Sequence record: NC_070950.1
Length of the DNA stretch: 64,000 nucleotides
Reading direction: 5' to 3' (one strand)
Positions within the stretch are counted from its first letter, which is position 1. Every line of letters begins with the position of its first letter. The position numbers were made by a program, and so were the translations under genes. This document shows positions 48,011-57,110 of this stretch, piece after piece. The notes beneath the pieces were generated by a model. It did no database searches, was not told the origin of the DNA, and was given only the letters and a program-made list of their open reading frames with translations.

Positions 48011-48041
48011 GCATTTCATTTTTTGAGTGAACGGAGACGTT

Positions 48042-49457
48042 ATGGATCAGTACGGTGATCGTATTATTGATGCATTAACAGCGCCTGAATTTTCATCATT
48101 GCAACCAGAGGCTCAGTTTAAAACTTATGCCGAACAATACGGTGGTGACCTTTCTGACGACAAACGTTTTTATGAACCCCTTTATCCCGACTTCACTGAC
48201 TATAACCGTTTGCATGATACTGCTAAGGTCGATCCGGTTTACCTGAACGATTTCGATTTTTGTTTGGAAGAAGACCGAGAACGAATCGCATCTTTGATTC
48301 GTATGGACTTCAACACCGACACATTCGAAACCGTCGCGAGATGTAGCTGTGGGCATCTGAAGGGCAACTATTTGTTGGGTCAGAAAAGATCATGTCCCAT
48401 CTGTCAATCCCTTGTAGAGAAAGTCGTAGAGACTTCCTTAGATACTAAGGTATGGGTCAGGGTTCCAGAAGGTGTAGTTGGATTTATCAGTCCGGCTTAT
48501 TACAAAACCTTCTTATCGAAGATCGCGACCAATTCTCCAAAGATTGAGATCGTGACTTGGCTCATCGATCCGTCTTATCGTCGGGGTAGTCGGGCTCAGC
48601 ATACTGAGTCTGGTCGTCGGATGTTGGCTGAACTCGATAAACTCGGAATAGTCCCCGGGCTTAACAGCTTTATATTGAACGCGGACAGATTCATGGAACA
48701 CTTCCTTGTTGGTGAAGGAAGAGGTGCTGTGAGCATGAAGCCGGCTGATGGTAAAAAGCATTTGGATAAGTATTACGAATATCGTCATCTTATCTTCCCG
48801 CGCTATTTGTCCGTACCCAATAAACTCGCCACCATCATCGAGCAAGATGGTAAAGATAAGTACGTTTCTTCAACCCAATTGAAAACCTCGGCAATCTACC
48901 AATCTATTGCAGATACGAGAGATTCTACTGAGTTTTATAAATGTACGATTAAGGATCTTAAGGAGAACGCTGATATCGTCGGGAAGGCGATAGTTCGATT
49001 AGGTAAGCAGAACTCTGATAACTATAAGAGTCAGCTGTTTGCTAAATCGAGCCTGATACGTAAACACGTAATCGCGGGATCGTTATCTTTATCAGGTCGT
49101 GGTGTTATCACATCAACGACTGGGTTGCATGATGCCGGTGTTGCTAAGATACCTTGGATCATGGCAGTGGCTATGCTGAAGAAACACATCCTGGGATATC
49201 TTTACCGTTTAGGGTACAGCCCCCTGAAAGCCGAAAGTGTAATCAGTACAGCAGCACACCAAGTCGTCCCGGTAATCGATCAATTCTTTACCAAGCACGA
49301 AAAGCAAAAAGACATTGTCTGCATTTTAGGAAGAAACCCATCAATTCAGTACCTGTCAGCAAAAGCCTTCTTCATGTCGATCAACCGAGATTTAGAAGAC
49401 GAGTCGATAAACTTACCAATACTCTCAGTTAAAACCTTTAATGCTGACTTCGACGGT
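48042..49457 (+). CDS. Non-virion RNAP beta' N-terminal subunit, exon 1 (phiKZ gp55-like)
   Basis: Zinc finger CSCG..CPIC, RNPSIQ, FNADFDG at the exon end. ATG 48042 after GGAG. Confidence 0.9.
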
Positions 49458-50872
49458 AAACGTGTTGCCGTCCATAAATTTCTCTAACTGCTGGAACACC
49501 CTAAAGCTCGTTTAGCTACAACGTAATCCGCAAGGATAACCGTGAATGCGGTCGAAAGACAGAAAAAATAAACGAGATGATCTATGCTTAATATCTTGAT
49601 TAAGGATTTAATTGAGTGCTAAGGATTTCTAATGGGCGATCAGCATCGAAGCTTCCTTATGGGAAGAACGTTCAACGACTAAATACATCGAATTCGTGAT
49701 GTTAACGGGAAAGCAGCTTACAGGATGTGACTGCAAGATATAGTCTCAACCGGTGCGAAAGTGTCGGATAGCAAATGCTCTAGCCAGGCATTTGCTCTTG
49801 GATTAACGACCCAAGCAGCCTCTTTATTATGATCCTTTAAAATGAGAAAATTAATACCCGGAACTAAAAACTTCTATGCGGGTGACGACAATCAGATTTA
49901 TGATTCTGAAGGAGTCCCTAGAAAACAATATGTGAATGGTGACGGTTACAAAACAGCTTCCGTTCTATTGGAAGACGGAAGATGGGTAACCTTTGGAGTT
50001 CAGCGTTTAGTCGCCATGGCCTTCAAAAAGACCGACGTACCATTTGCTTTACTAACAGTCAACCACATCGATAAAGTTAAATGGAATAACACTCCGCCTA
50101 ATTTGGAATGGGTGTCGAATAAGCATAACGTTATTCACGCTATTCTCCTTAATAAGAAATCTTTGAGGCCTTTAATTTCTTGCGAGAAAGATAACGAAAG
50201 TTTCTTTTTAGCGGATATCTATGATGCTGTTATCCATTTTGATTCAGACGTTGAATCAGTTTGGGGAGCTATCAGAGACGGTAAAGAAATTGATGGGTGG
50301 AAAATTTCCTACATTAAGGCCTCTGATAAAAGAAACCAGAGGATTATAGTGAAGGCCCCTAAGGAAAGATCTGGCCATGAAAGGCCGTTGACTATGATGG
50401 ATGTGGAAACAGGAAATATTAAAGAATTTTCTTCCATTAAAGAAGCCGCGAGCCATTTCTCTGTCTTAATAACCCATATCCGGATTAGAATTTCCACTCC
50501 AGGATATCCTAAGGTTTTTAGGGGGAGATATGTTTTCGTAGATAAGGGAGAGAGTTTTGATTTTCTAAATGAGGAGGTATTGGGAAGATTAAAAAGAACA
50601 GCGCCGAAACAGGTGTTAGCTTATAATTTGGAAACGTCGACTTTTCGGACGTATGATTCGGCTCGATCGTTTATTCAAAATAATAAGCTCAGTAAAAAAG
50701 CAGTCTCGGTGAGACTGAAGAAAGAAAAATTGGAATCGGTTTCCGGTTGGTTATTTAAATACCAAACCGCTAATCCAGATTCTGATAAGAAAGCATTATT
50801 AGAGATGGCTAGATCTCTCTTAGTGTAGGAACATATGAGGCGATAAAACCGGTTAATCCGGACAATGCGAAG
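49458..50872 (+). mobile_element. Group I intron (IA-like, 1415 nt) with internal HNH ORF
   Basis: P1 GACGGT/GCCGTC with a U-G wobble at the splice site; P10 GTGTT/GACAC; core elements AACTGCTGGAA, GATCAGCATCGAAG, GTTCAACGACTA, AAGATATAGTC; terminal G50872. Splicing restores NADFDG-D. Confidence 0.92.
49842..50828 (+). CDS. Intron-encoded HNH homing endonuclease
   Basis: VNHIDKVKWNNTPPNLEWVSNKHNVIHA HNH motif; NUMOD-like repeated C-terminal modules. Confidence 0.9.
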   Translation: MRKLIPGTKNFYAGDDNQIYDSEGVPRKQYVNGDGYKTASVLLEDGRWVTFGVQRLVAMAFKKTDVPFALLTVNHIDKVKWNNTPPNLEWVSNKHNVIHAILLNKKSLRPLISCEKDNESFFLADIYDAVIHFDSDVESVWGAIRDGKEIDGWKISYIKASDKRNQRIIVKAPKERSGHERPLTMMDVETGNIKEFSSIKEAASHFSVLITHIRIRISTPGYPKVFRGRYVFVDKGESFDFLNEEVLGRLKRTAPKQVLAYNLETSTFRTYDSARSFIQNNKLSKKAVSVRLKKEKLESVSGWLFKYQTANPDSDKKALLEMARSLLV

Positions 50873-51061
50873 GACACTATGTACTGTTATGTATTGAGTG
50901 ATTTGAAAGGTAAGGCCAAAGCGTATGGGTCGTTCGGTCATCAGTCCATGCTTGATGAAAACGAACCATTTACAATAAGTCGATTTGCTGATCAAACTTC
51001 AACGAATTTGATGAACCTCAACAACATGATGAGAGGAACACCAATCAATGAATGCGGCTGA
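50873..51061 (+). CDS. Non-virion RNAP beta' exon 2 (62 aa, DTMYCYV...)
   Basis: Continues the frame after splicing; spliced product about 534 aa. Confidence 0.88.
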   Translation, partial: DTMYCYVLSDLKGKAKAYGSFGHQSMLDENEPFTISRFADQTSTNLMNLNNMMRGTPINECG

Positions 51062-51683
51062 CGCGTTTAGCTTTAGTTGTGCCGGCGCTATTGACGAAGG
51101 TCGAATGCGTCAGTATGCCGGCTACGTTCAAATGAATTTTGATAACGTGAAAGGTATGGGAGGTTGGCTGGCGAAAGAAGCAGAAAAAACGTTAGACCGA
51201 TTTTCTAACTTCATGAATTCCAGGGCGTGGGAGTTATCCAAAATCCTAACGGGGAATGGCGATGGTGAATACGTAGGACGATTTGACATCGGTTATTTAG
51301 GTTCCCTCAACGCTCAACAGCAAGCCCAGGGTTTCATGCGGGATTACATCATGGCTAACCCATTGGTTATGCAGATGTATCTGGATGGAGGATTGGAAGG
51401 CTACGGTGGTGAGTTCTCCCCGTTCTGTAATGCCGTTGGTAAGAACAACGTTTTCTATCGTAACGCCACCCATGGTATAGTACAAACTGAAACTAAAGAC
51501 GACGTTCAGAAAACTTGGTTCAGTCACTTTGGTGATGTGCCGGGCACAGGAATGTCATTTAGGGAACAAGCAGACATCATGAGAACTTGGAAAGCGACCA
51601 ATCACCTGATAGGTTCTCAACTCTTTGATATGACCTCACCATCGAATAAAAAGATGAATGAGGATAACGAAGAGGAAACATAA
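51048..51683 (+). CDS. Conserved hypothetical protein
   Basis: 211 aa, SD GAGG. Confidence 0.7.
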   Translation: MNAADAFSFSCAGAIDEGRMRQYAGYVQMNFDNVKGMGGWLAKEAEKTLDRFSNFMNSRAWELSKILTGNGDGEYVGRFDIGYLGSLNAQQQAQGFMRDYIMANPLVMQMYLDGGLEGYGGEFSPFCNAVGKNNVFYRNATHGIVQTETKDDVQKTWFSHFGDVPGTGMSFREQADIMRTWKATNHLIGSQLFDMTSPSNKKMNEDNEEET

Positions 51684-51689
51684 ACATTT

Positions 51690-52094
51690 TTGGGGGAGGA
51701 AACTCCCCCATTTAACATCGAGAGTAAACTTATGAATAGCGAACAAACCAAACCCATGCATAGTGTTTTTATGCAAATCATCAGTTCCGAAGAAATCGGT
51801 AATTTGAAGAATGCCGTTCGGAATACCGAATTCCTTTTAGCCGAGTTAGGCGAATCGGAAGACGGCAAACCACTGGATCCATCCCATCTGATCTTTATTG
51901 TAACTGACATGTCTTTTGACGAACACGGAAACTTGATGGGAAGAGTAACTCCCACCGGCCCATACAAGGACAAGGGACGGGAATGGATTTCAACTAAAAA
52001 ATATAAAACACCTATTTTTAAGTTTATTCCGAGAGTGGCTACGAATAACCGCAATTGGACCTTCATCAATAAACTCGACGTGGTGGTCAAATAA
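51690..52094 (+). CDS. Hypothetical protein (likely ATG start at 51732)
   Basis: Open frame in operon. Confidence 0.6.
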   Translation: MGEETPPFNIESKLMNSEQTKPMHSVFMQIISSEEIGNLKNAVRNTEFLLAELGESEDGKPLDPSHLIFIVTDMSFDEHGNLMGRVTPTGPYKDKGREWISTKKYKTPIFKFIPRVATNNRNWTFINKLDVVVK

Positions 52095-52456
52095 TGGAAA
52101 CCACTCGGGATTATACAGCGAAGATCAAATGGCCTTTTGTTGTTGTGTTTAATCTCAATGATGGTCCGGAGGAAACTTCCTCCGTGATCATTAAAACCAG
52201 GATCCCTTCTGGCGGATATAAGGAATTCCACATCTACTTAAAAGATTTAATCGACCGTGCTCGTTTAAACGTTCGAGGGTCAATCTCGGATAAAGATTTC
52301 TTAACCGATATTAGCGAGTATTTTATTTCGTCTGTTGCTTCTAAATCAGCGGATAAGAAAACCTTGGCTGAGGCCTGTCGGTCGGTTTTAGAAGGAAACG
52401 TGTTTAATCGTAAGATATTCGTTCCCTTTTACGGACTCAGGCCGAGAGAAGAATAA
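52094..52456 (+). CDS. Hypothetical protein
   Basis: 120 aa, TAATG coupling. Confidence 0.65.
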   Translation: METTRDYTAKIKWPFVVVFNLNDGPEETSSVIIKTRIPSGGYKEFHIYLKDLIDRARLNVRGSISDKDFLTDISEYFISSVASKSADKKTLAEACRSVLEGNVFNRKIFVPFYGLRPREE

Positions 52457-53741
52457 TTGACATGCAGATAATTATACATCGATATTATTTAGTCGGAGGA
52501 ATTAAATATGTTTATTTCTAAACGAGGTAAGCTCCGACTACATAAAGATGATTTAGAAACAATCGAAAGAACTTTTGGTTGTCGGAGGTTTGTATGGAAT
52601 CAGCTTTTAGGATTTCATAAAAATCAGTATGAAAAATGGAAAGAAGATTGTACTTTAGAGAAACCTAAAGTTTCTATTTCGGCTTTTAGAGAGGAATTTA
52701 AACGTCTTAAATTAACACACCCTTGGTTAAATGAAGTAAGCTCTATCGTTTTATATGAGACTATTACCGATCTTTATAATGCTTTTCAGGGTTTCTTTAA
52801 GAGCGGTAAAGGTTATCCTAAATTTAAATCTAAACGAGGGATGCAATCTTTTCGAATAGCTTCTCGATACAACATGCGTGTTTCAGGTAATCGAGTTAGG
52901 ATACCTAAGTCGAATTACTACGCTAAGTTCTCTAAAAATACGGTTTTAAACGATCCTTCGTCATATACGGTCACTCGTGACAACGTAGGAGATTATTTCA
53001 TCTCTTTTGTAGACCAGATCGACGAGATCGAACAAGAGCCTGAAAGTAAAGGTAAGCACGTTGGTATTGATTTAGGGATTAAATCTTTAGCGATTATCAA
53101 CTCTAATAAAGGGGAGTCTTGGGAGTTAGAAAATCCCAAAACCTACGTCAAGTACCAAAAAAGGAGAACGACGCTACAACGTCGTTTAATGAAAAAGAAG
53201 AAAGGGAGTAACAATCGTAACAAAGCCAAAATTAAATTAGCAAAGTTAGAACGTAAAGTATCTAATATCCGTAAAGATCTTTTACACAAATTTACCACTA
53301 AGATTATTCGTGAAAACCAAACCATAGTTTTAGAGGATTTAAACGTAAAAGGAATGGTTAAAAATCATAAACTGGCTAAACATATTCAAGATTGTTCTTT
53401 TGGTACGATTAGAACAATGTTAGAATATAAAGCTAAGCGTTATACCAAACCAAAAGTGATTTGTCTTGTTCATCGTTTTTATCCCAGTACTCAACTCTGT
53501 TCTCATTGTGGCATGAAAAGTGAAGTGAAAATCAAACTTCATATAAGAGAATGGACCTGTGGTCACTGTGGGGTTAAACACGATAGAGATATCAATGCAG
53601 CTACGAATATCCTTAACGAAGGATGTCGTTTAACAGCCTCCTAGGTTAAGGGTATTTAATTACCCCTACCCTTGGTCTGAGGGGACGTTAAGCCTGTGGA
53701 GCCGGGTTGCAGTTAGGACCCCCTATGAAACAGGAAATTGA
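52455..53741 (+). mobile_element. Solo tnpB element (IS200/IS605-type, no transposase in window)
   Basis: tnpB plus downstream scaffold-like sequence, bracketed by AATTGA at 52455-52460 and 53736-53741; boundaries are inferred. Confidence 0.5.
52508..53644 (+). CDS. tnpB: RNA-guided endonuclease TnpB
   Basis: N-terminal HTH (FGCRRFVWN); RuvC residues GIDLG, EDL and DRDINAA all intact; zinc ribbon CSHCG..CGHCG; SD GGAGG. Confidence 0.92.
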   Translation: MFISKRGKLRLHKDDLETIERTFGCRRFVWNQLLGFHKNQYEKWKEDCTLEKPKVSISAFREEFKRLKLTHPWLNEVSSIVLYETITDLYNAFQGFFKSGKGYPKFKSKRGMQSFRIASRYNMRVSGNRVRIPKSNYYAKFSKNTVLNDPSSYTVTRDNVGDYFISFVDQIDEIEQEPESKGKHVGIDLGIKSLAIINSNKGESWELENPKTYVKYQKRRTTLQRRLMKKKKGSNNRNKAKIKLAKLERKVSNIRKDLLHKFTTKIIRENQTIVLEDLNVKGMVKNHKLAKHIQDCSFGTIRTMLEYKAKRYTKPKVICLVHRFYPSTQLCSHCGMKSEVKIKLHIREWTCGHCGVKHDRDINAATNILNEGCRLTAS

Positions 53742-53745
53742 AAAA
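53600..53745 (+). ncRNA. Putative TnpB omegaRNA scaffold
   Basis: GCCTGTGGAG (53693-53702) and TGAAACAGGAA motifs typical of tnpB 3' ends, plus hairpin GGGTA/TACCC. Ends approximate. Confidence 0.6.
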
Positions 53746-53781
53746 TATGAGACAGAATATTTTATTTATAAGGAATCTATT

Positions 53782-53907
53782 ATGTCAATCATCGCCTCTA
53801 TCGCCATCGTTGTTATTATCACCGCAGTAGTCTACGTGCTCACCAAAGATGCCGTGGAAGAAATCTTCCCGGTGCGTAAAGAAATGGCTGTTCGTAACAA
53901 ACGTTAA
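53782..53907 (+). CDS. Small membrane protein (41 aa)
   Basis: ATG 53782 after AAGGA; hydrophobic IIASIAIVVIITAVVYVL; followed by hairpin CTCCCCTCC-GAAA-GGAGGGGAG. Confidence 0.65.
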   Translation: MSIIASIAIVVIITAVVYVLTKDAVEEIFPVRKEMAVRNKR

Positions 53908-53965
53908 TTTATTGTTACTCCCCTCCGAAAGGAGGGGAGCCTAACCGCGATTATTTTTTTTTTTC

Positions 53966-54373
53966 ATGAGGTTCATGATGACCGGATTTTGCGTTGCAAC
54001 AATGTCGACGTTGGGCTTTATAGCCGATGACGTTAAACTCGCTATGGACAGACACCTCACTTATTGGTTTGCATCCAGACGCGATCAAAATAAGTTAATA
54101 GGTGAGGTCGATTCCTTTGAATATCTTCTGATGACCTACCAAGGTAATCGGAGCGCTTTGGTCAGTAATGTCGAAAGCTCACTCAGGACTTACTTCCAGC
54201 AGATTTTCAGTACTGTAGAAGTTCAAGTGTCAGATTCCGATATGCCGGGTGAAACAGAAAACTTTACACTGGTCATGGCGCTTAGGGTGACACACGAAGG
54301 CGTCCCTTATGACCTTCAAAATGCCGTTATCGTATCCGGCGCTTCTTATACTCTTCTTCCGAGAGGTAACTAA
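53966..54373 (+). CDS. Conserved phiKZ-like hypothetical protein
   Basis: 135 aa; synteny before the SbcD-like gene. Confidence 0.6.
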   Translation: MRFMMTGFCVATMSTLGFIADDVKLAMDRHLTYWFASRRDQNKLIGEVDSFEYLLMTYQGNRSALVSNVESSLRTYFQQIFSTVEVQVSDSDMPGETENFTLVMALRVTHEGVPYDLQNAVIVSGASYTLLPRGN

Positions 54374-54375
54374 CA

Positions 54376-55137
54376 ATGTCCGACAAAATGCCATCCGAAC
54401 ACTACGCGCTTAAATTCTTAGAGGGCGGCACCCCTAAGGTTATCAATGGTAAACGCTACCTGGAAATGAACGGCGAACTGGTGAACGTCGCCACTTCTAT
54501 TTCAGAGGCGACCTTCGTCAGAGATTGGCTTCTCGGATTCTCGTTAGGTTATGTCGGCGAGAAGTCTTATTTTGATTTTGCACGGTGGATGGAAATTAGT
54601 AACGAAGGACGCTCGGCTGTTATCGTCCATGATAACGAAGACGAAAATAAACCTATCTTTGTTGTTCCTCCTCTGACCGATACGAAAATGACAGCTCAGG
54701 AAATGGAAGTTCTTCAGGTAGCCGCTGGCGTGATGAGCAATGCTTATGGCGCGCAATTCGGCGGATCGACCAGCAGAAGTACCGAAATACTTTTACAGGG
54801 TCTGTCCATTATCCAAAAAGGTCTGCAGTCTGGCGAATACACCATAACTGATCTCGTCCCACCCTTCATCTATGAAAAATACTCGATCAATCCTCGAGTA
54901 TTTAAAAAGATGATGCATTGTAAAAATACCTTTGGGTTGGATACCAATGATGAGAGCTGGAAAGTTCTAGAAGCTTGTTTCAGAGTCATTGACGAAGGTA
55001 AAGTGTTAAAACAACAACAGTACGACTTCTTAATGGCGATCACGCAAAATACAGCAATCGTCCCCGATCAATGTAAACCTGACAGTAAAAATAAACAGGA
55101 AGATCAATTTACAGAGATCAACCCATTTGAGTGTTAA
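54376..55137 (+). CDS. Conserved hypothetical protein
   Basis: 253 aa, SD GAGG. Confidence 0.65.
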   Translation: MSDKMPSEHYALKFLEGGTPKVINGKRYLEMNGELVNVATSISEATFVRDWLLGFSLGYVGEKSYFDFARWMEISNEGRSAVIVHDNEDENKPIFVVPPLTDTKMTAQEMEVLQVAAGVMSNAYGAQFGGSTSRSTEILLQGLSIIQKGLQSGEYTITDLVPPFIYEKYSINPRVFKKMMHCKNTFGLDTNDESWKVLEACFRVIDEGKVLKQQQYDFLMAITQNTAIVPDQCKPDSKNKQEDQFTEINPFEC

Positions 55138-56270
55138 GCATGATTAATTCCCCCAAGAAAATTAGGATGTTGTGGTCAAGTGATCATCACACACTTCATG
55201 AAGGTACCCCCACAGTTCACATCTTAAGTAACCTGGGGGAATTCTTTTATAAGTACAATTCCCTGGCAGAAACAGACATCGTTGTTTTTGGCGGTGATTT
55301 TTTTCATAAGCTAGTCGATGCTTCTAACAGCTCGATGCGTTTATGTGAATATTGGATTAACAAATTTTTAATTCGGTGTGCTGAAAATAACGTTGTGGTG
55401 AGAGTACTGGAAGGGACGAGTTCTCACGACTGGGAACAACCGGAAATATTCCAAATATTGAGCCCGGATAACCTTGATTTAAAATGGGTTAAAGAGCTGA
55501 GTATTGAGCGCATTGAAAAACTGGATATGACCGTGCTTTACGTTCCGGATAACATGGGGGGTAAGAAGCCCGAGGTTATTTGGGATGAGGTCATCGACCT
55601 TCTAACTAAGCATAACCTGGAGAAGGTAGATTTTGTCTTTTTCCACGGATCGTTTAAATACCAGTTGGACGAACGTTTTAGTAAACATAGCCATGATGAA
55701 AAATTGTGGTCGACGATTGTTAACTATTATATCTTTGCCGGGCACATCCACAAACCTTCAGAATGTGGGCCGATCAGATGTTCAGGATCCTTCGATAGAA
55801 CAGGTCATTCGGAGGAGCATCCTAAGGGCGGATATATCGTTGATTACTTCCCAGAAGATAAGAAGTGCACCGCCACCTTTTATGAGAATAAAAAGGCGCT
55901 GCCTTATATCACCCTGAGAATTACACCGGAAACAACAACAGAAGAACTAAATGATAAGCTTGGGTTCCTAATGGATAAGCGATACCCCAAAGCCAGTCAT
56001 TTTTGGATTAGAGGAGGGAATCCTCTCGTCGTTAATCCGATCATTCAGTTCTTCAAACAACAATATCCTCAGTATGACTTTAAGAAAGAAAACGTTGTTA
56101 CTCATGAAGCAGTAATTGACGATGAGCTTTATACTGAAGATCTTTATTCCGGCATAACGTTAACGAAAGATAACATCATCCCTTCTCTAATGGGCTATTT
56201 GAATAAGAAGATTTTGTTAGTGGATGAAGAGTTAGATTCCCTAACAAAAACAATGGAGGAGTTTATCTAA
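55131..56270 (+). CDS. SbcD/Mre11-like metallophosphoesterase nuclease
   Basis: SDHH, GGDFFH, GTSSHD, FHG, GHIH and SGSFDR motifs. Confidence 0.85.
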   Translation: MLSMINSPKKIRMLWSSDHHTLHEGTPTVHILSNLGEFFYKYNSLAETDIVVFGGDFFHKLVDASNSSMRLCEYWINKFLIRCAENNVVVRVLEGTSSHDWEQPEIFQILSPDNLDLKWVKELSIERIEKLDMTVLYVPDNMGGKKPEVIWDEVIDLLTKHNLEKVDFVFFHGSFKYQLDERFSKHSHDEKLWSTIVNYYIFAGHIHKPSECGPIRCSGSFDRTGHSEEHPKGGYIVDYFPEDKKCTATFYENKKALPYITLRITPETTTEELNDKLGFLMDKRYPKASHFWIRGGNPLVVNPIIQFFKQQYPQYDFKKENVVTHEAVIDDELYTEDLYSGITLTKDNIIPSLMGYLNKKILLVDEELDSLTKTMEEFI

Positions 56271-57070
56271 TGAGGGCGTTAGGGGCGTTAAATATCTCGG
56301 TAGGGACGTCTTTAGCATTCGAAGGGGCGGCTAAAATACAGTTGCTCCAATCGGACTCCTTACTTATCAATCTACGGACGATAGCACGTAATGCCAGGGA
56401 GGCTTACGATAAAGATGATTCCGACGGAAAGGATGTCGATCTTCTTACAGCAGCGGCAAGCGATGATTTGATAGGTCTCATTAAAACCGTTCAGGGATGG
56501 ATGGGACAAAAAACGATCAATCTTATCGTTTATCTTCCTTCTTACAGATCGCTCCCTAAGATTTTTAAAAGGGCGAATCTCTGGGAACCGACAACGGATA
56601 TCCAGAAAGAAAAAGATAGACTTGATACCGCCGTACTGAATAATTTAAAAAAACGGTTCGGGGCTAACATTAAGGAAACGGACGTCAACCTTCCTGAATT
56701 TATAGGGAATGGTTTGATTTTAACGCATCACCCCATTGATCTTGTAATGACAGGAAGTGGAACAAGGTTGCGTTTAATCGAATCCTATACTGGGACTTTG
56801 AAAGGACATTCTCAGTGGTACACAAAATTTTCCGGTGGGGAAAAACTGTTTAACATTCCCCTAAACAAATTAACCATTCAGATATTCGGGGATGGACCGG
56901 TTAATTTTAAATCGGAAAAAAGTCATAAACTTAAAGACCTAATAAAAGATATCGCTATTAAAGGTAAATGGACCTCGGTAACGACTCTGGACGCAGTGAG
57001 ATCTAGTATCAATGTTCACGCTAAAGGATTTGACCGAGATGGGTTATTAATACTTTTAAACGGCGGGTAG
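56270..57070 (+). CDS. Conserved phiKZ-like protein, possibly 5'-3' exonuclease-related
   Basis: 266 aa, TAATG coupling; function tentative. Confidence 0.45.
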   Translation: MRALGALNISVGTSLAFEGAAKIQLLQSDSLLINLRTIARNAREAYDKDDSDGKDVDLLTAAASDDLIGLIKTVQGWMGQKTINLIVYLPSYRSLPKIFKRANLWEPTTDIQKEKDRLDTAVLNNLKKRFGANIKETDVNLPEFIGNGLILTHHPIDLVMTGSGTRLRLIESYTGTLKGHSQWYTKFSGGEKLFNIPLNKLTIQIFGDGPVNFKSEKSHKLKDLIKDIAIKGKWTSVTTLDAVRSSINVHAKGFDRDGLLILLNGG

Positions 57071-57110
57071 CTTTATATTAGCACAAACCCAATTTCAAAG
57101 GATTTACGTC

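Noticed and set aside
49458-49487. C-terminus KRVAVHKFL of the 48027..49487 ORF
   Set aside because: Intron sequence; removed by splicing.
51617-52231. 204-aa minus-strand ORF with hydrophobic stretches
   Set aside because: Antisense to three coupled plus-strand genes; no SD.
52457-52490. Sigma70 promoter starting at TTGACA upstream of tnpB
   Set aside because: No -10 hexamer at 16-18 bp spacing (best candidates at 10 and 20 bp).
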